Assembly (NCBI GenBank): GCA_019057385.1
Contig: JAHQJS010000004.1
Span: 96,001-160,000 of the forward strand
From: Candidatus Borrarchaeum weybense
Lineage (GTDB): Archaea > Asgardarchaeota > Sifarchaeia > Borrarchaeales > Borrarchaeaceae
DNA: 64,000 bases
Direction of reading: 5' to 3'
Shown here: positions 48,982 through 58,902 of the stretch, in pieces
Position numbering within the stretch: position 1 is the first letter of the stretch
How the letters are laid out: every line of letters begins with the position of its first letter
Notes under the pieces: generated by a model
Databases searched by the model: none
What the model was told of the DNA's origin: nothing
The model's input: the letters and a program-made list of their open reading frames with translations, nothing else
Program-made: the position numbers and the translations under genes

Positions 48982-49099
48982 TGCTTAATCCTTAATTATT
49001 AGGTAAGGAATTCTTTTGCAACTGAAAGCGAAAATCGTTGAAAAACCAACCTATCAAATCATCTTTCAATCCTTATTAGGTAAGGAATTCTTTTGTAAT
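48982..49099 (-). CRISPR. Orphan mini-array B: two variant repeats and one 40-nt spacer
   Basis: 49063-49099 CTTTCAATCCTTATTAGGTAAGGAATTCTTTTGTAAT; 48982-49022 is the same variant with a 4-nt insertion; spacer 49023-49062. Confidence 0.85.
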
Positions 49100-49357
49100 C
49101 TACTTTCATTTTGCTTTATAAATTCCTCTATTATTGTGTTTAATATTTATCTTCTTCAGACATCTCAAATGTTTAATTAATTGCTTCTTTACAGGTTTTA
49201 ACTGATAACGGAACTAGCAATACATAACTCTTTCTTTTTGAGAAACCTCTTCTTTTAACACTTTTTCTATCCAAAAAATGGCAAATAATGAAAATAGAGT
49301 ATTTTAGTAAATAAAGAAATCTGCCACTTTCTCCTGAAAGGGTTCCTGCAGATTAAA

Positions 49358-50866
49358 TTAAATTTGAATTCTTGTGCCTTCGCCACCGTGCATGGACTTT
49401 CTAACACGGATTTGAGCGACTATTGGTGAGCGTACACAAACACCGGAAATAGTAGCAACGCCTTGAGGAAGAAACGGCAATCGATCAATGTCTTCATTTG
49501 AGCCAAGATTCAGAAAGGGTCTTACATAGTCAAGATCGGTTTTTGAATCAATTCTGAGCACTATTTTAGAACCACATTGGCTTAAAACATCTTTGTCCAA
49601 ACCGACTAGGCGCTGACTTGTGACACAGATGCCCAGTCCAAATTTCCTCCCTTCTCGTGCAAGACGTCTAAGCATTTTCTTACTATAACAGTCTAGCGCT
49701 TGCGGTGCGAAGCGATGCGCCTCTTCAATAATTACAAAACACGGTGGAACAAGATTCCTTTTCCTTGCTAGAAATATTTGTTTCATTACGATCGCAGCAA
49801 GTATTTGACGCACCCGTTCATCAATATCCTCTGAAAGGTCGATGATACATAACACACCTGGTTTAACTAACTCTTGTATATCAATTCCTTTTCCAAGAAT
49901 ATTCAATTCCTCAATTAAAAAAATACGTCGAATTACTGAAAGCGTTGTACGTGAATTGAATTTCCATTCCTCTGCAGTGGTTTTGATAGTATCCACAAGT
50001 TTTTGGATATCATAATCTTCAAGTTGTTTTAGTTTTTGTAGAGCAAGATAGAGAAGGTCCATTTGTGTTTCTGACATTGTAGTGATTTCAGACAATGCCT
50101 CTACGTCTAAGTCTTTAAGACGAATCGAAAGTTCATTTGTTTTAGTATTTCTTTCACGTGGAGGTGTATAAACCTTAGTGGGGTATCCTTGCGGATTAAC
50201 TCCAAAAAACTCCATTCTATGGAGTTCTTCCTGATTTGTACGCCGTATGGAGTTATATTCTCCGTGTGGATCTATGATTATAACTGGAATATCATGTTCA
50301 AGCAATTCTTCAATTATTACACCATTTGTGTAGGATTTACCACTTCCTGTTGAGCCTAATACCGCAAGATGGTATTTTACAAGTTTCTCTATGTCTGTTA
50401 CAATGTTAATCGGTGTAGGACCACGCATTTTACCGATATAAAGGCCATTAGAAGTTAATCCTAAGAACTTGCTTAGGAGTGACGTTCTTGCAGAGTATAT
50501 ATAATCGCCTGGTTCTGGAGAAATTTCAGGTGGTAAACGTTTATCATTTTCTAAGACACCGACAATATGTACCCGTGCCATTCGCCATCGCCCAATTCTG
50601 ACGGGTAATCGAGCAGAAATCTTTAATGAACGTTCTAAATGATCACGAACAAAATTAGGATCGTTATAATACGCATTTGAGGCTTGTATTAAATAGACGC
50701 GTCCAATGATGACTCGTGTGCCTACAGGTACTTCAACATAAGACCCTACTGGAAGATCGACCTCATCTTTTATTTGAAAATGAAATTCTAAGTGGTTTGG
50801 AGTGCGTCTATCACTCATTATTATACCAAGTTGACACACCGTGTCATCTTCAGTATGTTTTTCCAT
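49358..50866 (-). CDS. herA: HerA-family ATPase/translocase
   Basis: N-terminal HAS barrel, HLAVLGSTGSGKS, IIDPHGEY, IIEEAH, REGRKFG, SQR, LP.G.A. Confidence 0.92.
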   Translation of the reverse strand: MEKHTEDDTVCQLGIIMSDRRTPNHLEFHFQIKDEVDLPVGSYVEVPVGTRVIIGRVYLIQASNAYYNDPNFVRDHLERSLKISARLPVRIGRWRMARVHIVGVLENDKRLPPEISPEPGDYIYSARTSLLSKFLGLTSNGLYIGKMRGPTPINIVTDIEKLVKYHLAVLGSTGSGKSYTNGVIIEELLEHDIPVIIIDPHGEYNSIRRTNQEELHRMEFFGVNPQGYPTKVYTPPRERNTKTNELSIRLKDLDVEALSEITTMSETQMDLLYLALQKLKQLEDYDIQKLVDTIKTTAEEWKFNSRTTLSVIRRIFLIEELNILGKGIDIQELVKPGVLCIIDLSEDIDERVRQILAAIVMKQIFLARKRNLVPPCFVIIEEAHRFAPQALDCYSKKMLRRLAREGRKFGLGICVTSQRLVGLDKDVLSQCGSKIVLRIDSKTDLDYVRPFLNLGSNEDIDRLPFLPQGVATISGVCVRSPIVAQIRVRKSMHGGEGTRIQI

Positions 50867-50882
50867 AGCTCTCTATCCTATA

Positions 50883-52298
50883 TCACTTTTCTTGAGATAG
50901 CTCTCCCATTTGTGAGATATATTCTTTATATCCCAATCGAAAAGAACTGTCAACGATTTTTGATATAGATGTAACTAATTTCCGAGACAAATCTTGCGCA
51001 ATAACCATACTGCTGGGCCCATAGATAGAGCCTTGCATCTCTGGAACAAATAAAGTATATGCATAGTTCGCAATTTTTTCCTGTTCTGTAACAGGGTCAT
51101 CTAGACTTAGAAATTCTAATCGAATAACATGAGGATCTCTTTTAAGATAGAACTCGTATAAATTGTCTATATCTGGCCTCCCCTTCTCTTTTCTCCTTTT
51201 TACTAAACAAGTTAGATCGCGGTCGCGCAGTAGATTATGAAATAGATAAAAATCGCCACTATCTTTGAGATTGGGAAGTAAAGCAGCCTTTATACTTTTT
51301 GTGAAAATATTATCTTGTGGTTCCCTCACCACACCAACCCATAAGATGTTCTTTTTTTCGCTTTCTTGTTGTATTTTTAAAAATAACTTATAAGCACTAT
51401 TCCTAAGTTCCATCAGTTTTCGGCTTTGTACAAAAATTCCATGTGGGAAAAGTGATCCGTTATGAAACAAAATCTCTAACTCATCGCCCCACTGATCAAT
51501 AGTCTCTAAATCCGCTTTATAATGTTGAATTTTCTCAAGAAATCGTGCTGCAATCGAGCGTCCTGCACTTAATAACTCTGGGAACTCGCTGACTAATTCA
51601 TAAAATGGCTCATCGGCAGTAAAAGGATCATTACCTGAAAAAGTTTCTGTGCGAGGATATTCTATTACTTCAGATTTGTTATGAATTAGCATATTTTTCT
51701 CAAAATATCCTATATACGAAACAGAACTTAGATATGTGATTGTAAAAAAGGCGAAATCATATAAAGTGATATCATTTTTTTTACGGATTGCAGATGAACC
51801 TGGAACATAAATATTGTCTAACATAACATTTTTTGCCATCTTTTGCATTATTATTGTCTCACCTATCAAATCGTCAAATGGAGGCGCAGAATTTGATAAC
51901 AGAGGATAAAAATCCTCTGCATATTCGTAGGCAAAATTTGCTTTCTCTATAACTTTTCTCACTTTGTCTGCAACAGGTTTTGTTTTTAAAATTGAGATGT
52001 ATGCTGGAGAAAAGAATTTAGTCAATTGTAACTGATACGGCTCAATATCTTGGACGTTTATAGCGGATTCTACAAATTCTAAATCTACATCGTACGTTCC
52101 ATGCCCTTTATAAGATAAAACGCCGAGAACAGTTAGATCGTCAATATAATCTCTGATTAAACGCTCAGATAAATCAGCGCGTTCAGCCAAACTTTTTACA
52201 TTAACTTCTCCTTCTTCCAAAAAGAGGTTTGTGCAAGTATTGATCAGAAACATGAGTCGAGCTTTGTATGTTGAACCTGTGCGTCCCATGATTTTCAC
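50883..52298 (-). CDS. wHTH-fused NurA-like protein, predicted catalytically inactive
   Basis: N-terminal wHTH (LAERADLSERLIRDYIDDL...G); NurA-ordered motifs HNGSL, VGVVR, D..LF..LL, FY, RLE, P.....AQ; directly upstream of herA. Confidence 0.75.
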   Translation of the reverse strand: MKIMGRTGSTYKARLMFLINTCTNLFLEEGEVNVKSLAERADLSERLIRDYIDDLTVLGVLSYKGHGTYDVDLEFVESAINVQDIEPYQLQLTKFFSPAYISILKTKPVADKVRKVIEKANFAYEYAEDFYPLLSNSAPPFDDLIGETIIMQKMAKNVMLDNIYVPGSSAIRKKNDITLYDFAFFTITYLSSVSYIGYFEKNMLIHNKSEVIEYPRTETFSGNDPFTADEPFYELVSEFPELLSAGRSIAARFLEKIQHYKADLETIDQWGDELEILFHNGSLFPHGIFVQSRKLMELRNSAYKLFLKIQQESEKKNILWVGVVREPQDNIFTKSIKAALLPNLKDSGDFYLFHNLLRDRDLTCLVKRRKEKGRPDIDNLYEFYLKRDPHVIRLEFLSLDDPVTEQEKIANYAYTLFVPEMQGSIYGPSSMVIAQDLSRKLVTSISKIVDSSFRLGYKEYISQMGELSQEK

Positions 52299-52432
52299 CG
52301 AAATATATTTCCAATATAGATATATATACTCAATGCTTGCTTAAATAAATTGTGCGTTTTTAGATTGGTATAGAAGTATAAGAAAAGAAATTACATGATG
52401 CATTATACATTGGTTGAGAATAATCTAATTTA

Positions 52433-55400
52433 CTTTCAATCCTTATTACTTAAGGAATTCTTTTGCAACCAGAAACAAAATGGACTATCTATGATCGAAC
52501 TAAGTGAAATTTCAATCCTTATTACTTAAGGAATTCTTTTGCAACCAAAATGAATGAATTAACATCTCTTGAACTAAAATATTGATTTCAATCCTTATTA
52601 CTTAAGGAATTCTTTTGCAACAAACAAAATGAGAAATTATGAGAAATTTTTGAGCACTAAAATTTCAATCCTTATTACTTAAGGAATTCTTTTGCAACTC
52701 ACTCATTCAACCAACTCCTATTTTTATAGGTGCTTTAATTTCAATCCTTATTACTTAAGGAATTCTTTTGCAACATCTCCAGATAATCGCGATTCCCCGG
52801 TTGCCATCTTGAATTTCAATCCTTATTACTTAAGGAATTCTTTTGCAACTGTACCTGGTACATTTGGAAGCTTTTTCCAGGTAATATCAATTTCAATCCT
52901 TATTACTTAAGGAATTCTTTTGCAACCTATAGCAGAAACATCAGGTACTACTACTCCTGGTACTCCTACAGAATTTCAATCCTTATTACTTAAGGAATTC
53001 TTTTGCAACAAAAGGAGGGGATAACATTAGAAAAGAGATTGTAGTTGTATTTCAATCCTTATTACTTAAGGAATTCTTTTGCAACTTAAAAGTAAGACTC
53101 CCCCCCAGATGGCCTCTAACGTTGATTTCAATCCTTATTACTTAAGGAATTCTTTTGCAACTAATTGCATGAGAACATCATTTCACGCGCCAACAGCATC
53201 TTGTATTTCAATCCTTATTACTTAAGGAATTCTTTTGCAACTTAATTTTGCCTTAAATGGTTTAGAAAGACTTCTATCACAATTTCAATCCTTATTACTT
53301 AAGGAATTCTTTTGCAACTAGCTCATACGGTCTTGCCACTGGAAATGGTGATTTATGAAAATTTCAATCCTTATTACTTAAGGAATTCTTTTGCAACATA
53401 TCCTCATGGTACTGTTCGGTACGAGCATCGCCGTGATTTCAATCCTTATTACTTAAGGAATTCTTTTGCAACGCGATTTAATTACACAATTACAAAAAGT
53501 ACATAATGAAAATTTCAATCCTTATTACTTAAGGAATTCTTTTGCAACATTTTTGAAACTAACGAAGATACGGTATAATTCTATTTATTTCAATCCTTAT
53601 TACTTAAGGAATTCTTTTGCAACGAAAATCATACAATTAGATTAGTAGTAGCAAAACCCTAATTTCAATCCTTATTACTTAAGGAATTCTTTTGCAACAT
53701 TCCGCCAAAGATCCCGCACTTCCGATTGTAAACAAATATTTCAATCCTTATTACTTAAGGAATTCTTTTGCAACGGAGGACGTGAGCAGCGTCCCCCTCA
53801 TTGGTGATGAGTATTTCAATCCTTATTACTTAAGGAATTCTTTTGCAACCATGAACCATAAAATAAAAACAAAGCATTGGATTAATGATTTCAATCCTTA
53901 TTACTTAAGGAATTCTTTTGCAACGCAATCGAGAAATTAGATCGCTATGAAGTAGTAAAACTAATTTCAATCCTTATTACTTAAGGAATTCTTTTGCAAC
54001 CTCAAATACAAATCAATGTATGAAGTGTCTAACAATTGAATTTCAATCCTTATTACTTAAGGAATTCTTTTGCAACGTATCTAATTCATGTTGGAGGAGC
54101 TTAAAGGCATCCTTTTTATTTCAATCCTTATTACTTAAGGAATTCTTTTGCAACTTAGCGTCATTAATCTCGTTACCCATACCATAACTGAAGATTTCAA
54201 TCCTTATTACTTAAGGAATTCTTTTGCAACTAAAGAATGAATGAACAGCAAGCGAAAGCCTGTTTAAATTTCAATCCTTATTACTTAAGGAATTCTTTTG
54301 CAACCCAGAGTGCGTGATTACAACACCATTCAGTATTTACTAAATTTCAATCCTTATTACTTAAGGAATTCTTTTGCAACTATCCGGTTAGATATCCCTA
54401 CTTCTGGTAGTGGATGGAATTTCAATCCTTATTACTTAAGGAATTCTTTTGCAACTGTGAGGAGGAAAAAAATGGCAACTAAAATCTGTACAAAAATTTC
54501 AATCCTTATTACTTAAGGAATTCTTTTGCAACTACTGTAGTTGAAGCGTTTCTACACTTATTATTGTTTTATTTCAATCCTTATTACTTAAGGAATTCTT
54601 TTGCAACCTAAGTTTCTAAGGTAGGATAGTTCATAATGTTCTTTTATTTCAATCCTTATTACTTAAGGAATTCTTTTGCAACTCGGTAGTTGCCCAGATA
54701 TCGATGGGCGCGCTTTATGACACATTTCAATCCTTATTACTTAAGGAATTCTTTTGCAACTTTACAGACACAAACTGGAGATTCACCAACAACCAGAGAT
54801 TTCAATCCTTATTACTTAAGGAATTCTTTTGCAACCTAAGTTTCTAAGGTAGGATAGTTCATAATGTTCTTTTATTTCAATCCTTATTACTTAAGGAATT
54901 CTTTTGCAACTCGGTAGTTGCCCAGATATCGATGGGCGCGCTTTATGACACATTTCAATCCTTATTACTTAAGGAATTCTTTTGCAACTTTACAGACACA
55001 AACTGGAGATTCACCAACAACCAGAGATTTCAATCCTTATTACTTAAGGAATTCTTTTGCAACGTAACTATACGCAATATGCATCTGATTTCAAATTATC
55101 AATTTCAATCCTTATTACTTAAGGAATTCTTTTGCAACACTTGTTTTCATGGTTTTCATACATTCTACATGGATCCAAATTTCAATCCTTATTACTTAAG
55201 GAATTCTTTTGCAACCTTGTTTTTTCATCCTGCGAGATTAGTATATAATGTTAAATTTCAATCCTTATTACTTAAGGAATTCTTTTGCAACTTTGGTGGT
55301 AGTTGTACCTATAATCTCTACGTACTTGAATTTCAATCCTTATTACTTAAGGAATTCTTTTGCAACTTTGTTGGAAATTTTCCACCAAGGAACTCGAAAT

Positions 55401-56129
55401 AATTAAATTTCAATCCTTATTACTTAAGGAATTCTTTTGCAACTTGTTTATAATCATAGTTCTTATGGCGAGATCAAGATAATTTCAATCCTTATTACTT
55501 AAGGAATTCTTTTGCAACGATATCCATTCATGAACAATACTTCGAGTTTATCTTTAATTTCAATCCTTATTACTTAAGGAATTCTTTTGCAACATGAGAT
55601 AAAAAAGAAACGAGAAGAAGAGGAAAGACAAAAAATTTCAATCCTTATTACTTAAGGAATTCTTTTGCAACCCGAAGGAAAGTCTCCGTAGTCTCCAGAT
55701 CCACTACCAGTATTTCAATCCTTATTACTTAAGGAATTCTTTTGCAACTTTCTCAACGCGCTTTTTATACGTCGCCTTTAACTCTTATTTCAATCCTTAT
55801 TACTTAAGGAATTCTTTTGCAACGAACGACAGAGCAAAAAGCCCTATTGTTAGCAACGAAAGAATTTCAATCCTTATTACTTAAGGAATTCTTTTGCAAC
55901 TCCGCCAGATTTTAGGAGAAAATTAAAACTTCTTAGAGAATTTCAATCCTTATTACTTAAGGAATTCTTTTGCAACTTAATTGTAAATTCGATTCTACAA
56001 AGACCTGCTGCTTTTATTTCAATCCTTATTACTTAAGGAATTCTTTTGCAACCTAAGATAAACTCAAAACCAATATCTGAATATGTTGTATGATTTCAAT
56101 CCTTATTACTTAAGGAATTCTTTTGCAAC
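52433..56129 (-). CRISPR. CRISPR array, 49 repeats (37 bp, GTTGCAAAAGAATTCCTTAAGTAATAAGGATTGAAAT) and 48 spacers
   Basis: Repeats counted by eye; spacers about 37-46 nt; the ATTGAAAT 3' end and the variant terminal repeat at 52433 put the leader on the right. Confidence 0.98.
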
Positions 56130-56678
56130 CCTAGTTTATATTGAAGATAAGATAGGTAAAAAACCTTATGGTGCACCCTTTTCAGAGGCTGTTTGTGCTG
56201 GAGGGGCAATTGAGCTCTTCTTTATAAATACCAGCAGAAAACGCTCTCCAGGGAAGCCTTTATGACATTGCTCCTTTGGGTATGACACTGCCATTTTTGC
56301 TGGTCGTGCTTTTGATCACCTCCTTATAAATACCAGCAGAAATAGCCCTTTATAAAGGCTCTAAAAAAGTGCAAAATCGAGCGGCAAAGAGTTCAGACTG
56401 CACACTAAGAAAATTAAAGGAAAATCAACTGATTTTAACACCTAAGAGGTTGCTATCTACCATTTTATTAAATAATGCTACTTAAAACACATTTAAAATT
56501 CATTAAATCCTTTTGCGCCTCATATGAATACTATGAATAAAGAAGCCGACGTATTTTTGCCATAAACACCAGTTCCCAGTTAAATGATACTCACAACTTT
56601 TATCGAGCGAAGACTTTATATAGCCATTATGGAAATATATTTCTATATAGTACCTATATTTCAATAAGTTGTGATCAT
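56130..56678 (-). promoter_or_regulatory. CRISPR leader and divergent promoter of the adaptation operon
   Basis: Non-coding stretch between the first repeat and the cas operon; contains duplicated TTATAAATACCAGCAGAAA (56222-56240, 56324-56342). Confidence 0.75.
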
Positions 56679-57590
56679 ATGCTTCAAATATTTCCCAAAC
56701 TCAATCTTGCACAAACTCAAGCAAAAAGTGACTTGCGTATAAACAATTATTTCTGGAAAGAATTTATGGATTTTTATGTGCCTTGCCTTTATATGAAAGC
56801 AGGATATCACCACTTTTCCTGTATATTGCATGGATCGCTCTATTTTAACCTCGGTAAACAGTTTTGTGTTAATTGTGGTGTTCATATCGCCCCTCATACC
56901 TCTCTATCTCTTTGCAATGCATGTTATCAAACTAAAGATACGGCACATCTTCTCTGTATTTTAAAGGGAGCTGGTGCCCCCTATGCCAAACTTTGCGATT
57001 TAGAGAATCCACCTTGTCACGATCTTTACAGAATAGAATCATTTTGCAAAACTGAACACATAGTATACATCGGAAGATTTGGATCACTTTTCAAAGTTGG
57101 TGTAACACGGAATTCACGGAAAGAAAATTCGGGTATCCATTCAAGGTTCTTAGATCAGGGACTTGATGAAGCCTTCATCATTTCTCAAGAACTTACACTT
57201 CCAGAAGCGCAAAGACTTGAAGCGAAATTATCTACGCTTCTAAGAATTCCCAAGTGGATCAGCTTCCCAGAAAAAGTGGAAAACATCATAAAAAATGCTA
57301 AAATGAATGATTCTTCAGATAAAGACGCCATTTCCGCAAAAATGAACTCAATTAGAACAATGCTGACCAAATTCGTACCAGAAGAGGCTGTTTCTCACGC
57401 TATTGTTGATCGCGCATATATGATTGGATACATCCACACTGATTGTCTTGAATGGATCTCACGACCCGAACAGTTAGAAGGAGAAGTAGTTGTAGCTAAA
57501 GGAAATGTTTTGATTACGCGACTTGGCTCAAATTATTTAGTTTATGATTTGGCCAAACTTCAAGGGCGAGAAATATTACTCGGAGGCTAA
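56679..57590 (+). CDS. DUF2797-like Zn-binding / GIY-YIG-like protein
   Basis: CVNCG...CNACY...C..EHIVYIG....KVGVTR......RFLDQG..EA...EA..LE; ends LEG.V...KG; stop 2 nt before the cas1 ATG. Confidence 0.75.
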   Translation: MLQIFPKLNLAQTQAKSDLRINNYFWKEFMDFYVPCLYMKAGYHHFSCILHGSLYFNLGKQFCVNCGVHIAPHTSLSLCNACYQTKDTAHLLCILKGAGAPYAKLCDLENPPCHDLYRIESFCKTEHIVYIGRFGSLFKVGVTRNSRKENSGIHSRFLDQGLDEAFIISQELTLPEAQRLEAKLSTLLRIPKWISFPEKVENIIKNAKMNDSSDKDAISAKMNSIRTMLTKFVPEEAVSHAIVDRAYMIGYIHTDCLEWISRPEQLEGEVVVAKGNVLITRLGSNYLVYDLAKLQGREILLGG

Positions 57591-57592
57591 AT

Positions 57593-58615
57593 ATGATCGT
57601 CTTCGTCTCAGATCACGGGTCAAAAATTGGAAAACATGGTGAACGTATAAAAGTCACATCGCTTACTGGTGAGAAAAAAGAATATTCCGCTGTAAAAATC
57701 TCAGAGATTGTCATCGAAGCCAATGTTTCTATAAGTTCTCAAGTTCTCAAACTTTTAGCTCGACATGGTGTTCCTGTTCTTTTTGTTGGCAATCATAGGC
57801 CTTATGGCATTTTCCATCCATATGTCTCTCATGGGACAATTCTGACACGAAGAGAACAACTAACTGCGTATCATGATCAAAGAGGCACAAAAGCAGCCAT
57901 TGCCTTCGCTAAAGCAGCCATTCAAAATAAAGCATTCTTTATCAACTCACTCTTAAGAAATCGAAAGAAAACTCAACCAGAATTAGCTCAATCTTTAGAA
58001 GAAACGTATGAAAAAATAATCCAATTATCTAGTCTTGTGGATAACCACAAAGGTCATGTTGATATGATTAGAAACGCTTTGATGGGCATCGAAGGTAAAG
58101 CTACCGATTATTACTTCGAACAACTTAAAAAAGTGATACCGGACGACTTTCGTTTTAATGATCGAAATCGACGGCCTCCTCAAGATCCTGTAAATTCATT
58201 GCTCAGTTATGGTTACTCTGTATTAAATACTCGTGTGCTCTGCTATGTGATCTTAGCTGGACTTGATCCATTTTGTGGCTTCTTACATGCAGATCGATCT
58301 GGGAAACCATCTCTTACTCTTGATATCATCGAAGAATTTCGCCAGCCTATCGTAGACAGGATCGTGCTAAAGCTTGTTACCAGACGCATGATTGACCCCA
58401 ATAAAGACTTCGAAAAGAAAGATGGTATGTGCTTTATGTCTCAAAACGCTAAAACAACTTTGCTTGAAGCGCTGTTCGAGCGCTTTAGGACTTCAGTAAA
58501 ATATCACGATAAAAACGTGAAATTTGAAAATGTGATCTTTAAACAGACACGGCAACTTGCTGCATTCTTCATGCATCGTATTCCTGATTATGTACCGTTT
58601 ATCCCAGGGTGGTAA
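57593..58615 (+). CDS. cas1: CRISPR-associated endonuclease Cas1
   Basis: LMGIEG.A...YF, R.RRPPQDPVNSLLSYGY, GLDP..GFLH, SL.LD..EEFR. Confidence 0.97.
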   Translation: MIVFVSDHGSKIGKHGERIKVTSLTGEKKEYSAVKISEIVIEANVSISSQVLKLLARHGVPVLFVGNHRPYGIFHPYVSHGTILTRREQLTAYHDQRGTKAAIAFAKAAIQNKAFFINSLLRNRKKTQPELAQSLEETYEKIIQLSSLVDNHKGHVDMIRNALMGIEGKATDYYFEQLKKVIPDDFRFNDRNRRPPQDPVNSLLSYGYSVLNTRVLCYVILAGLDPFCGFLHADRSGKPSLTLDIIEEFRQPIVDRIVLKLVTRRMIDPNKDFEKKDGMCFMSQNAKTTLLEALFERFRTSVKYHDKNVKFENVIFKQTRQLAAFFMHRIPDYVPFIPGW

Positions 58616-58902
58616 CTATTCCCGATCAAATTGTCACTTATGATATCCCTAATGACTCCTTAAGAAAGAAGATATCCGATAAATTGCTCGATTACGGCCT
58701 TTCCCGAATTCAATTCAGTGTCTTTCAAGGACGCCTCAGCAGGAATATGATCGAAATGCTGGCGATTGAAATAAAGGAATTGTTAGATAAACAAGATGGG
58801 GACATCCGTATCTTCACAATTTGCGGAATTTGCCTGAAAAAGACTCTTCTCATCACCAATAACCCTACTCCAGTTAAAGGAGGCATCTTGCAAGTATGTT
58901 GA
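58609..58902 (+). CDS. cas2: CRISPR-associated Cas2
   Basis: VTYDI, L.DYGL.RIQFSVF.G, DIRIF.IC..C. Confidence 0.95.
   Translation: MVTIPDQIVTYDIPNDSLRKKISDKLLDYGLSRIQFSVFQGRLSRNMIEMLAIEIKELLDKQDGDIRIFTICGICLKKTLLITNNPTPVKGGILQVC

Noticed and set aside
46627-49099. Inverted mini-arrays as terminal inverted repeats of a transposon carrying rdhA
   Set aside because: The two ends differ substantially, no target-site duplication or transposase is visible, and they are better explained as CRISPR-derived units
55594-55634. Spacer resembling the KKKREEE-coding segment of hef (possible self-targeting)
   Set aside because: Only low-complexity purine similarity with many mismatches
52692-56265. ORFs with repeated FNPYYLRNSFAT / FQSLLLKEFFCN peptides
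   Set aside because: They are translations of CRISPR repeats, not genes
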